A program made the position numbers and the translations under genes. This document shows positions 39,736 through 50,999 of a stretch of DNA of 64,000 nt, in pieces. Position 1 is the stretch's first letter, and every line of letters begins with the position of its first letter. The stretch is from Rhina ancylostomus. Taxonomy: Eukaryota. Below the pieces are notes generated by a model. That model was not told where the DNA came from, searched no databases, and saw only the letters and a program-made list of their open reading frames with translations. The stretch is from contig JARFYF010000063.1 in assembly GCA_030265395.1 (NCBI GenBank), positions 60,819,695 through 60,883,694 of the forward strand, read 5' to 3'.

Positions 39736-40145
39736 ATCTTTCCCCTCTCACCTTAAACCTCTGCCCGATAGTTCTTGATTCCCCAGCCAAAGGTAAAAGA
39801 CTTTGCAAAAAGTGTGCATTCACCCTATCTATGCCACTCATGATTTTATACACCTCTATAGATCACCCCTCAGTCTCCTATGCTTGAAGGAATAAAGTCC
39901 TAGCCTGCCCAACCTCTCTCCGTAACTCAATCCCTTGAGTCCTGGCAACATCCTTTTATAGATCTTTACTGCATTCTTTCCAGCTTAATGGTACCTTTCC
40001 TATTAGCAGGATGACCAAAACAGAACACAATACTCCAAGTGGGGCCTCACCAACATCTTGCACAACTGCAACATAACATCCCAACTTCTATACTCAATAC
40101 CCTGACAGATGAAGGTCAGCATGCCAGAAGTTTTCACCACCCTGT
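39735..40145 (-). mobile_element. CR1 LINE fragment
   Basis: 'GIEYRSWDVMLQLCKMLVRPHLEYCVLFWS'. Confidence 0.8.
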
Positions 40146-40749
40146 CCGCCTTTGTTCTGCAGATTTTCTCCACTGCAGGAACAGTGTTGTTGTGACACGT
40201 CGTACTGTGATGAGAAAGATTGAGAAAAGCGTAGGAGTGCAGACACAACCTCACTTGGCACCAGTCTGCTCTGAGAATGTCTGTTATAGATCTGTTGGTT
40301 GAGGTCAAGGCTTGCTTGCCATCGCGTAGTAGGTGTAAGATGGCGATGGATCTCTGTAGCTCGTCAAACTTGAGAAGTATATTCCACATGATTGACAAGT
40401 CACGGTTTAATGAGATGGGAGAAGGGTGTGTATACTGGTTGGCACTGCTCCCTGCATTTCTCTAACAATTGATGGCGAGTGAAGATAGAACCATTGTGCC
40501 TCTTGGGTCTCAGGGAGCAGCTCTTCAACACTGAGGAACCTGGTGAAGACTTGCACTACGATTGCAAGGATGATGGATAATAAGGCTGTTGATGAAGCAG
40601 ATTGCTTGGTCCAACACCAATTCTGTCCTTTTAAATCTCAGCCTTTTCTCTCCCATATAATATTTAAGTTCCAAGACATACAAGCTCCAACAAACTCTTC
40701 CTGTTTGAGCTGTTGGTGATGAGCCTCCCATTACTTTCACATTGCACTT

Positions 40750-41340
40750 TTTTTTATTCATTCAAGAGACGTGAGCTTTGCAGGCTGAGCCAGCATTTAG
40801 TTGCCCATCCCTAATTGCCCTTGAGAAGGTGGTAGTAGCGAGCTACCTTCTTGAACTGCTGCAGCCCTTAAGGTGTGGGTACACCCACAGTGCTGTTAGG
40901 GAGGGAGTCCCAGGATTTCCAGCGACGGTGAAGGAATGGTGTGTGACTGGGAGGGCAGGTGGTGCTCCCATACTTTTGTTGTCCTTGTCCTTCTAGCTGG
41001 TAGAAATAATGGGTTTGGAAGGTGTTGTACACAGAGTCTTGTGAGTTGCTGCAGTGTGTCCTGTTGATGGTACAAACTGCTGCTACTGTGGAGTGAGTGA
41101 ATGGTTGTAGATGGGTTTCTTTAATGTTATTGAGGCTGCACTCATCCAGGCAAGTGGAGGCTATTCCATCACACTCCTGACTTGAGCCTTGTAGATGGTG
41201 AACATGATCTGGGGAGTTAGGAGGTGAGTTGCTCGCCACAGGACTCCTAGCCTCTAGCCTGCTCTTGTAGCCACATTGTGCATGTGGTTATTCCAGTTCA
41301 GTTTCTGGTCAATAGTAACCCCAAGGATATCAACAGTGGT
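40750..41340 (-). mobile_element. Non-LTR LINE 3' fragment (CR1/L2-group family other than the CR1s above)
   Basis: 'TIYKAQVRSVME.PPLAWMSAA...HSTVAAVCTI.RTHCSNS' and a (TGAA)-type tail. A shorter copy is at about 18150-18300. Confidence 0.65.
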
Positions 41341-42409
41341 TGGAATCAGCAGCAGAATGAAAGCAGCAACCTAGCCAATCACAGGTCGCAGCCTTCACCT
41401 CTATTTGCTGGATTTCATACCATTGTGCTGTCACTGGCTAAAATTAAGCTAATCAACATGCTCAGAGAAACTGAAGTTTTCCACAGAACCTTTGTCATAA
41501 CCCCTTGAATGGAGTTACAGCATTCTCATATTTGTATGGGTTACCCTACAGATTAGGGTGAACAGGTAATGTGACAGTGTGCACAGCTCCACTGTTTAAA
41601 GGATGACATTGATGGATTTTTGAGTTGGATTCACAATAGTTGGAGAAGAAAATAGATTATTAAAGTGTCAGCTCCACTTCACTTCAGTGATCTATCACCC
41701 AGTCATGCAGGGCGCCCAAGGACATCATATTCCTTTCTCATTTGAGGTAAATGTCTGCTGTGGTCAGGAGGAAGCTGGTGCCCCGCTCTTGGATTCAGTG
41801 CCTCAAGCAATTTAATAATCTCATTAAATCTGGAAAAGTGAGGCAAGCACAATGTTCACTTGTATCCTAAACCTGCCCTCTTTACTCCATTCCAGTGCAT
41901 CACATCATCACCCCTCGTATTCCCGTGTGTCCAGTCAGCCTTGCCTTTATGTGAAGTCATGCTTCTCAAAGTCACTTTCAGCAAATTTCCTCCATCCGTA
42001 CTTGCAGCGGATGCACCCTCACTCTCAGTCAGCTTGGAGAGAGTACAGACACCCGGGAGAAGCAGAAACCAATGATAACGTGTCCAGTCATCTTGCAACT
42101 CTCAGGTATGGAGATGGGAAGTCCTGGAGAAAAATGGCAAGATGACACCCACGGCATCAAAGTTGAGGAGATGGGGGCTCAATGACAGATTTATGGGTCA
42201 ATGGGGGCCCAGTGATGGACTTTGATTTCATTCAGCCAAGAATGTGAAGTCAGCAGTGAATGAAAAATAACCATCATGATAAACAACCTGAAGTAATGAT
42301 GCTTTGGCAGTTCAGTACCATAAAGCCTTCACTGCCCCATAGAATAAAAGCTCCTCGCTAAAGGGTGCTCACTTTAAGGGTGAACCGTCACGGAAGTTAC
42401 TCAGCTTCA

Positions 42410-43250
42410 GGTGGTGATGAGTCAGCTTACCGGAGCGAGATGGGACATCTTGTTGAGTGGTGTACAACAACCTCTCACTCAGCATCAGTAAAACTAAGGA
42501 GCTGATGTTGACTTCAGGAAGGAGAAGGAGGGCGGACATGCACCAGTCTACACTGGGGGATCAGTGATGGAGAGAGTCAACAGCTTTAAGTTCCTGGGCG
42601 TTAACATATTGGATGACCTGTCCTGGGCCCAGTGAATAGATACAACCAAAAGGAAAGCACGCCAGAATCTTTCTTAGGAGGTTAAGGAGGTTCAACTTGT
42701 CACTGAACACTCCAACAAACTTCTACAGATGCACTGTTGAAAGTATCCTGACTGGTTGCATCATGGCCTGGTAAAGCAATTCGAATGTGCAGGAACATAA
42801 GAAGCTGCGGAGACTAGTAGACTCAGCCCAGTACATCACGGGCACTTCCCTCCCCACCATCGGTAGTATCCACAGGAGGCACTGCCCCAAGAAGCCAACC
42901 TCCATCATCAAAGATCCCCACCATCCAGGCCATGCCATCTTTTCCCAGCTACCATCAGGCAGGAGGTATAGAAGTCTGAAGTCCCACTCCACCAGGTTCA
43001 AGAGCTACTTCCATTAACCACATTCCACACCATCAGCTACTTCCTGTCAACCATTCAGTTCTTTAACCAACCGGCAAAACCTAATCACCACTACATTTTA
43101 GCAGCACTCTGGTCACTTTGCACTAAAATGGACTTCTTTTTTGTTCTGCTTGTGTTTTTTTTCTGGTAAAAACTACGTATAATTTATGTTTAATTTATGT
43201 TATTCTTGTGAATGCTGCTTACGTCATGCCATGTGCCTGTGATGCTGCTG
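42410..43250 (+). mobile_element. Rex/Babar-type LINE 3' fragment
   Basis: 'FYRCTVESILTGCI.AW' and 'IIKDPHHPGHAIFSQLPSGRRYRSLK'. Confidence 0.85.
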
Positions 43251-43909
43251 CTCTACCCTGGAGTCTTTAACAAACAAAGTACTAAGGGGGCAACAGCAAA
43301 GAATGTGTGAGGTTCAAACAGGGATCTTATCAGCAGTTTGTACATTTGCAGAGAGATAGAAAGAGCCTCTCTTCAGCATTGGGATGTTGCAGGTTGTTGC
43401 AATGGAAAGTGCAGCTAACCATGGTGAGCATCAAATCCATCACTCACACATGTTTGCAGACCCTCTCCAAGGTACTGCACACAAGGACTGCCAGCTTGAC
43501 TAGGTTAGCTGATACATTGCTCAGTGCCCCAATAATCTGCAGTCACTCACTGCCACCAGAGAAGTGCAGGACAACCATAAAAGGGTTAAGAGTTTGAGAG
43601 GGCACAGGAGGTGGGGAATCTGATCAGAGTTACTTGGGTACTTTTCCTCATTCATCACCCCTCCATATTTTGCTCAGTGTTCAGATAGATACAAACCCCT
43701 GCAAGACCCTCATGGGTTCCAAACAGGGAGAGTGAAAGGCACTACAGCTCCTGCAGTGGAGTAGGGATCTAAGCAGTCTGACTCTCCCTCTCTGCTTAAT
43801 CCACAAGGATTAATCCGTTTAACATTTGGTTTTAGTTAAAATTTTAACTGGGGGAGCTGACATGACTTTCTTGACATGGTTGGGATGTGCTGCCCAGAGA
43901 TAATCCAAA

Positions 43910-44140
43910 ATCTTTTTCATGCACAGGGTGGTGAGTACAGGGTGGAACGAGCTGCCGGAGGAGGTGGTTGAGGCAGGTACAATGGTATCATTTAAGAAGC
44001 ACTTAGATAAGTACATGCAGGGTGGGTCTCTGAGGGATTTGGGCTGAACGCAGGAAATTGGGACTAGATGGGTGGGCACCGTGGTCGGCATGGACTTGTT
44101 GGGCCGAAGGGCCTGTATCCGTGCAATATGACTATCTGAT
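43910..44140 (+). mobile_element. CR1 LINE 3' end
   Basis: 'HRVVS..WNELPEEVVEAGT.VSFKKHLDKYM' plus the GGGCCGAAGGGCCTGT 3' UTR. Confidence 0.8.
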
Positions 44141-44149
44141 CAAACTGCT

Positions 44150-44515
44150 CCTGGACCCTTGTGGTAATCATCATTTGTATAGGCTTCTCTTCAAATTCTA
44201 AACAAGAAATGACGTTCACGTGAGCTGGGACCTCGAAAAATACCTCTTCTGGTTGGCAGTAAATAGTACATCCCCATTTGCAAAGGCTACCCTTTCCCAA
44301 CAGTTTCAATGGTAAAGTGGGAATGAGTGGTGATCGCTCGGGAGCCCGATAGCGATGGGTAAAGGATTTAATTGAGGAGTATTATCTATCTCTACCACTA
44401 AGCATTGCTGTCCTTATAGCGGCGCATTAGGTAACTCATCTTGCCTAATAGTTGAAACAGAGGCTCCGGCATCTGTTAAACATTCACGTCTTTTCCTTGT
44501 ACTTGTCCTTTCATA
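44150..44515 (-). mobile_element. ERV aspartic protease remnant
   Basis: Reads GQVQGKDV/CLTDAGASVSTI...VVEIDNTPQLNPL / LPLKLLGKGSLCKWGCTIYCQPEEVFFEVP, i.e. D(T)GA and LLGRD-like motifs of retropepsins. Same strand as, and downstream of, gag. Confidence 0.75.
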
Positions 44516-44534
44516 GAAAGTCTGTCATTTTGCA

Positions 44535-44880
44535 CTCGAACTCAGGGAAAAAGAGAATCTGTAACCTGTGGAAGAAGGGACTGTCACCCCATGAAAAGTA
44601 CAAGGATGTTAGGTTATGTAGAGAGAAAGTTAGAAAGACGAAGGCACAGGTGGAACTAAATCTGACCACTGCCATAAAAGACAATAAAAAGTACTTTTAC
44701 AAACGCAGTAGCAATAGAAGGAGGGCCAAGGAGAACCTCCATCCTCTACTGGATAGTAGCGGAAACCTAGTGACTGAGGATAAGGAAAAGGCTGAGGTAC
44801 TTAACAACTTTTTGCCTCAGTCTTTAATGGCAACCTCTCTTTCCACACCTCTCAAGTGTTTGGACCTCAAGGGTGGAGCT
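44535..44880 (+). mobile_element. CR1 LINE ORF2 fragment of avian-like sequence type
   Basis: KKRICNLWKKG...YKDVRLCREKVRKTKAQVELNLTTAIKDNKKYFYK...RRAKENLHPLLDSSGNLVTEDKEKAEVLNNF/ASVFNGNLSFHTSQVFGPQG. This is CR1 endonuclease-RT linker sequence. Confidence 0.8.
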
Positions 44881-44965
44881 GATCCAAGTAGGACACGCTT
44901 TAGGCAGAGGTCATAATTGTTTATGAAGGGCCGCTCATCAAAAAATACAGAGAACTTGTATCAAG

Positions 44966-45026
44966 CCATTATATTATAGGTCAGGGAACCATTCACCAGG
45001 GAACCATTATATTATAGGTCAGGGAA
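44966..45026. repeat. 23-bp direct repeat
   Basis: CCATTATATTATAGGTCAGGGAA occurs twice, 38 bp apart. Confidence 0.8.
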
Positions 45027-45189
45027 TAATCAGTGCAGATGAACCTGCAAAGTGGACTTAATGCATTGTCTGGACTCTCCCAGACAATTATTGGTGCACT
45101 ATATTGGTGTGAAAGACTGTAGTGTGGAGAAGATGACTTGGTTTGTAGTTGGAGAATTTTATTTTTCAGACTTGTATGAAAGATATGGT

Positions 45190-45392
45190 GTATCAAGAAG
45201 GCAGCATCCATCACTAATGATTCTCACCATCCGGGACATGCCTTCTTCACATTACTACCATTGGAGAGGAGGTACAGAAGCCTGAAGACCCACACTCAAT
45301 GATTTAGGAACAGCTTCTTCCCCTCCAGCATCAGATTTCTGAACAGTCCATGAGCCCATGAACACGACCTTGTTATCCCTTTGTGACTTGTA
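45190..45392 (+). mobile_element. Rex/Babar LINE 3' fragment inside the ERV
   Basis: 'KKAASI..DSHHPGHAFFTLLPL.RRYRSLKTHT'. Confidence 0.75.
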
Positions 45393-45494
45393 NNNNNNNN
45401 NNNNNNNNNNNNNNNNNNNNNNNNNNNNNNNNNNNNNNNNNNNNNNNNNNNNNNNNNNNNNNNNNNNNNNNNNNNNNNNNNNNNNNNNNNNNGG

Positions 45495-46752
45495 GGGGGG
45501 GGGGGGGCAATGGGAGGGAGGTGAACCTGATGCTTGTAGAGTTATTATTTGGACTTTTTGGACTATTATCAACTTTTGTGCTTGGACTTCAGATTTTTGC
45601 TATCTGATAGACTGGCAATGGTTTGCTTGCATCAGAAGTTCCTCCAGGGGTTTTGTCTGCCATCCTATGCAGTTTGTTTTTAACTGCTTTTGGATCGGGG
45701 GCAGCAGACCATTTACAAAGGCAGCTCCCACGGCCTGTGGGCCATTTTCGCCGGGTTCCCTAATGCCGGAATGCCCCTGGAACAACTATCATTCTTCCTC
45801 GGAATTCGGCATGAACCTCCTGTTGTTTTGCTGCCACTATCTTGCTCCCGTCAGGTCAGGTGGGCACGCCCATGGGATAGTGGACAAGAGTTCATCGAGC
45901 TCTCTGCCAATTGCTACTCTTCGCCCTGGCTCTATGTCGGGTCATTCTGCAGCTTCGAAAAGTCTCTTCCGTGGTTCTTCCAGTAACACAGCCCTTCAGA
46001 ATTGTTTACAATCGGCCCAAGTAGGGTGTAACATTGTTTGCTTATTTCTAATTCTCGGGCAAATGCTTCAGGGTGCTCCCTGAAGGATGGAAAATGTTTC
46101 ACCATTTGGCACAGATCTGTAGGTATCCAGGAAACATGGACATCCATAAGGTTACCATCTGCGCTAGGCAGCCGTCTCAAAGGGGCCTGGATCATGAGGT
46201 CACTGGAGTAACTTCAGGTCTGTGAGGATACCGGAGAGGAATCTGTGCTTCCCCCCCCCCCCCTCCCCGCCTTACCGAGTCCTGGACAAACCTGTGAACT
46301 ACTTCCACTGGCACTTGTGGAGGAATCTTCTTCTTTCTGTCCCTCGGTCCTCCTTCCTCCGCCGCCTTGTCAAAGGTGGACGGAGGGATAGGTGCTCAGT
46401 CAAGTAAATCGACCTGGGACTGGGATTCACCTGCCCCTTCCTTTTCTTGTACCAGTTGGGGATAAAGCGGGTGCAGTAAGGATCGCGGGCTGACTTAAGG
46501 NNNNNNNNNNTTTTCTTTCAACTTCCCTTTCTAACTTCGTATGCATATCCTGGAGCCTCTTCAAATTTGACTCCACTTTTCCTTTTGAAGTTTCGCTGTA
46601 CCGATCATAGTCGGCATGCCGCTGCCTCTGGCCGACCCTTGAACCTGGGGATTCAAGCTATCCCCTCGAGTGCACCATAACATCCATTTCAAAAGATCCT
46701 TCGGGAAATTGCGACCTAGGTTCGTCCCACGTTCCCCTATTCCAGTCATTTA
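45495..46752 (-). mobile_element. Endogenous retrovirus gag remnant (class I, gamma/epsilon-like)
   Basis: MA-like 'W...FPEGSF'. CA N-terminus 'QAPLRR...VHVSWIPTDLCQMVKHFPSFREHPEAF'. MHR-like 'D.SKIVAAKQQEVHAEFRGRMIVV/FQGHSG...AAFVNGLLPPIQKQLKTNCIGWQTKPLEELLMQANH'. Frameshifts and stops present. Confidence 0.8.
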
Positions 46753-47346
46753 NNNNNNNNNNNNNNNNNNNNNNNNNNNNNNNNNNNNNNNNNNNNNNNN
46801 NNNNNNNNNNNNNNNNNNNNNNNNNNNNNNNNNNNNNNNNNNNNNNNNNNNNNNNNNNNNNNNNNNNNNNNNNNNNNNNNNNNNNNNNNNNNNNNNNNNN
46901 NNNNNNNNNNNNNNNNNNNNNNNNNNNNNNNNNNNNNNNNNNNNNNNNNNNNNNNNNNNNNNNNNNNNNNNNNNNNNNNNNNNNNNNNNNNNNNNNNNNN
47001 NNNNNNNNNNNNNNNNNNNNNNNNNNNNNNNNNNNNNNNNNNNNNNNNNNNNNNNNNNNNNNNNNNNNNNNNNNNNNNNNNNNNNNNNNNNNNNNNNNNN
47101 NNNNNNNNNNNNNNNNNNNNNNNNNNNNNNNNNNNNNNNNNNNNNNNNNNNNNNNNNNNNNNNNNNNNNNNNNNNNNNNNNNNNNNNNNNNNNNNNNNNN
47201 NNNNNNNNNNNNNNNNNNNNNNNNNNNNNNNNNNNNNNNNNNNNNNNNNNNNNNNNNNNNNNNNNNNNNNNNNNNNNNNNNNNNNNNNNNNNNNNNNNNN
47301 NNNNNNNNNNNNNNNNNNNNNNNNNNNNNNNNNNNNNNNNNNNNNN

Positions 47347-47418
47347 GCATGGAATCCATGTGCTGGACAACAAGGCATTAATGGAGCCAAATGAGGGCCA
47401 GAACTCAGAACCATGACA
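47347..47418. mobile_element. End of a second copy of the same LTR (the rest is in the gap)
   Basis: AATCCATGTGCTGGACAACAAGGCAT...GAGGGCCAGAACTCAGAACCATGACA is shared with 23481-23550. Similarity stops exactly at TGACA. Confidence 0.7.
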
Positions 47419-47423
47419 CAGGG

Positions 47424-47970
47424 TCAGGTTTATCACTGACTTATATACTGTATTCCGTGAAATTTCCTGTTTTGCAGTAACAGTACAGTGCAAAGACATA
47501 AAATTACTATAAATTACAAAATAAATAAATCATGCAAAAAAAGGAATAAAGGAATAGTGTTTATGGGTTCATGGACAGTTCAGAAATCTGATGGCAGAGG
47601 GGAAGTTGTTCCTAAATCATCCAGTGTGGGTCTTCAGGCTCCTGTCCCTCCTCCCCGATGGTAGTAACGAGAAGAGGGCATGTCCTGGATAGTGAGGACC
47701 CTTGGTGATGGATGCTGCCTTCTTGAGGCACCGCCTCTTGAAGATGTCCTCGATGGTTGGGAGGGTTGTGCCCGTGATGGTGCTGGCTGAGTCTACAACC
47801 CCCTGCAGCCTCTTGTGATCCTGCACATTGGAGCCTCCATAAAAGGCGGTGATGCAACCAATCAGAGAGGTCCCCACCATACACCTATTGAAATTTGCAA
47901 AAGTCTTTAGTGACATATCAAATCTCCTCAAACTCCTAATGAGGTAGAGCCACTAGCATGCCTTCTTCAT
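47424..47970 (-). mobile_element. Rex/Babar LINE 3' fragment
   Basis: ORF 47617-47931 'NFNRCMVG..LIGCITAFYG...GHALFSLLPSGRR.RSLKTHT'. Confidence 0.85.
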
Positions 47971-48482
47971 GTATTTGATCTTATTACAGCATATCATTTC
48001 TGTCAGAGTTTTATGTTATTTCAAGTAGTTTAACCTTAATCACATTAAGTAGTTCAACTTCCATCATAATTATCATTTTAACGAATTTTCTCTCTCAGAT
48101 TAGTTGATGAAATTTCTTGTGGATGTGTCGCTTAGGTCATGTGACTCGTGTCTCTCATCACCTGGCTTCCTGCCTAGTTTCAAGAGCCATTTTTAAAAAG
48201 TGCATCTTGGATCAACTGATAAGTTTGTTTGGAAATATGAATGGGTTAGGGCAGATGAACAGTCAGGTACAGGTAGCATGGCAGCTGCTTGGTAATCACA
48301 TGCATACTGAAGAAGGATGTTTTTGTGATTACAGGCCAGCTGCATGGAGTGGAAGCCATTCTGGCTGATGAAGATTCCTGGGTGATCTATGGAGGTACCC
48401 TGCTGGTCACACACATGCAGTTGTTGACACCCCACAGCTGTGGGAAGCCAAACAGAGCTACAGCCCAGAGCCCTGCTTTTTC

Positions 48483-49615
48483 TGGTAATTGGTGGTTGTT
48501 TTGTTCTTGTCACATGTACCAAGGTTCAGTGGAAAAACTTTGTTTTGAATGCCATCATATAGATCATTTCATACATGGGTGAGTTGAGGTAGTACAAAGG
48601 GAAGAACCATAAAAATAATGCAGAATGTAGTGTTACAGTTCCAGAGAAAGTGCAGTGTGGGTAGATTGAAAGATCAAGGGTTCATCTTTATCATACAAGA
48701 GGTCCATTCAAAAGTCTTATAACAGCGGATAGAAGCTGTCATTGAGCCTGGTGGTGTGTGTTTTCAAGCTTTTGTATCTTCTACCCAATGGAAGGGAGGG
48801 AGAAGAGAGAATGACCAAGGTGGAAGGGGTCCTTATTTACATTGACTGCTTTACTGAGGCAGAAGGAAGTGTAGACTGTAAGAGAGGGGAGGCTGGTTTT
48901 CATGATAGACTGGGCTGTGTCCACAACTCTCTGCAATTACTTGTGGTCTTGAGCAGAGCAGTTGCCATAGCAAGCTGTAATGCATCTATATAAGATGCTT
49001 TCTATGGTGAATCTACAAAAATTGGTGAAGGTCATCAGGGACATACGGAATTTCCATAGCCTTCTGAGGAAGTAGAGGTGCTGGTGAGCTTCCTTGACCA
49101 TAGGATCTATATGGTTGGACCAGGAATAGTTATTGGTGATAGTTACACCTAGGAACATCAAGCTATCAACCATCTCCACCTCAGCACCATTGATACATAC
49201 AGGGGCACATACTCCATCCCGCTTCCTGAAGTCAATGACCAGCTCTTTCATTTTGCTGACATTGAGGGAAAGGTTGTTGAATTCACACCATGCCACTTGG
49301 CTCTCTCTCTCTTTCCTGTACTCCATCTCGTTATTGTTTGAGATGCAGCCCACTATGGTGGTGTCACTGTGAACTTGCGGAGTTAGAGCAGAATCTGGCC
49401 ACACAGTTGTGAGTGTACAGGGAGTAAAGTAGGAGGCTGAGGTTGCAGCCTTGTGGGGCACCAGTGTTGAGGATAATGGTGGCAGAGGTGTTTCCGCCCA
49501 TCCTTACTGTTTGCGGTCTGTTCATCAGGAAGTCAAGGAACCAGTTGCAGAGGAAAGTGCTGAGTCCGAGGTCTAGAAGTTTGCAGGTGAGTTTGTTTGG
49601 AATTGTGGTATTGAA
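48483..49615 (-). mobile_element. Rex/Babar LINE RT to 3' end
   Basis: ORF 48937-49461 'DTTIVGCISNN...KMKELVIDFRK...HQHLYFLRRL...ESIL..CITACYGN' and an ACCAATTACCA tail. Confidence 0.85.
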
Positions 49616-50014
49616 ATATAAGGCATTCTGTTCAACCTCTTCAGTGAAATAGATGAATCAATGAGAGAAGTAGAATGCATTAATACCACCATGTCCAGCA
49701 GGCAGCTAATATTATTACAAGATACAGCAAGTATCTACCATCACCTGCCTCATATTTATGTTCGGATGTGTCATTGAAACGCAAATCTGTTCACTATCTC
49801 TGCAGGCTGCAGCCAAAGAAATGGAACTACAGACAGATAGGCTAATGACCAACCCTGACATTTTATCAACCTGCTGGCAAGGGAAATGCTGTTGCAATTT
49901 GGAAACTTGTTTTCNNNNNNNNNNNNNNNNNNNNNNNNNNNNNNNNNNNNNNNNNNNNNNNNNNNNNNNNNNNNNNNNNNNNNNNNNNNNNNNNNNNNNN
50001 NNNNNNNNNNNNNN

Positions 50015-50640
50015 TTTCTGAGGTGTCTTCCTTTTCCCTTAACCAAGTCTACCATAGTTGGCATGGCTTCCAAACATGTTTGCTCCATTCCCTGACCTTC
50101 TTTTCTCACCTTTACTTCTCCAACTCAGAGCAAGGACAGCATTCCCCCCATCCTCATCTCCCACCCCACCAGCCTCCACGTTCAACAGATCATTCTCCAT
50201 AGTTTCTGCCACCTTCAATGAGACACCGCCACCAGATACATCATTCCCTTCCCCTGCTCCTGCACTATTCCCTCCACAACTCCCTGGTTCTCTTTCATCC
50301 TGAAGTATTAACCATTCGCCTTCTCACAGCACTTCCCCACACAATTGCAGGAGATGCAGTACTTGTCCTTTCACCTCCTCCCTTTCTACCATCCAGGCAC
50401 CCAAACATTCCTTCCAGATAACACAGCGATTCACTGGCATTTTTCTCCAGTTTTGTGTCCTACATCCAGTGTTCACGATGTGATCTCTACTATGTTGGAG
50501 AAACCAAAAGTAGATTAGATGAGCTTTGCAGGAAACCTCCTTTCAGTTCCCAAGGGTCACCCTCAGTTTGCAGTTGCTGTCACTCCCAAGCTGACCTCTG
50601 TCTTTGTTACACCATTACAGGTATTTGAACTTCACTGTTG
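50015..50640 (+). mobile_element. Penelope-like element ORF fragment (linker and GIY-YIG endonuclease)
   Basis: Degenerate 'HP.SL..Q.IIL..F.HLQ', Cys-rich linker and 'IQCSRCDLYYVGETK.RL...FAG.L' GIY-YIG-like motif. Confidence 0.65.
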
Positions 50641-50649
50641 AGTCTCAAA

Positions 50650-50950
50650 GGCTATAATGTGCCTATAATTGTCTTCACTGGAACAGCGAGGTCAGATAGT
50701 AAGTGGTGTGGATAGTTGGTGGTAGGCATCTGGGAGCTTAGGGTCATGCTTATGGATAAAACGGAGGTGTTTGGCATTGCAGTCACCCAATCTGTGGAGA
50801 CCCCATGCATAAGGTACACTAAGTGGAAAGAAGTACAACACTCCATCACCTGGAAGGAGTGCCCTGTGTCACAGGCAGTGGGAAGGTAAAAGGGCAGGTG
50901 TGGGTTTTCTGATGTTGCTCAGGAAGGCACCCTGGAAAAGTGGTGAGTTG
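50650..50950 (-). mobile_element. Second Penelope-like GIY-YIG fragment, opposite orientation
   Basis: Reverse strand reads as degenerate 'SFQV...CTSFHLVY...HRLGDCNAKHLR'. Confidence 0.5.
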
Positions 50951-50999
50951 GCGGTGACTGAGTGAGCCAAACACTGCGCGTTGTGCCTGGATCTATGGG

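Noticed and set aside
48937-49461. 174-aa ORF as a host gene
   Set aside because: It is the C-terminus of a Rex/Babar LINE ORF with several copies in the window.
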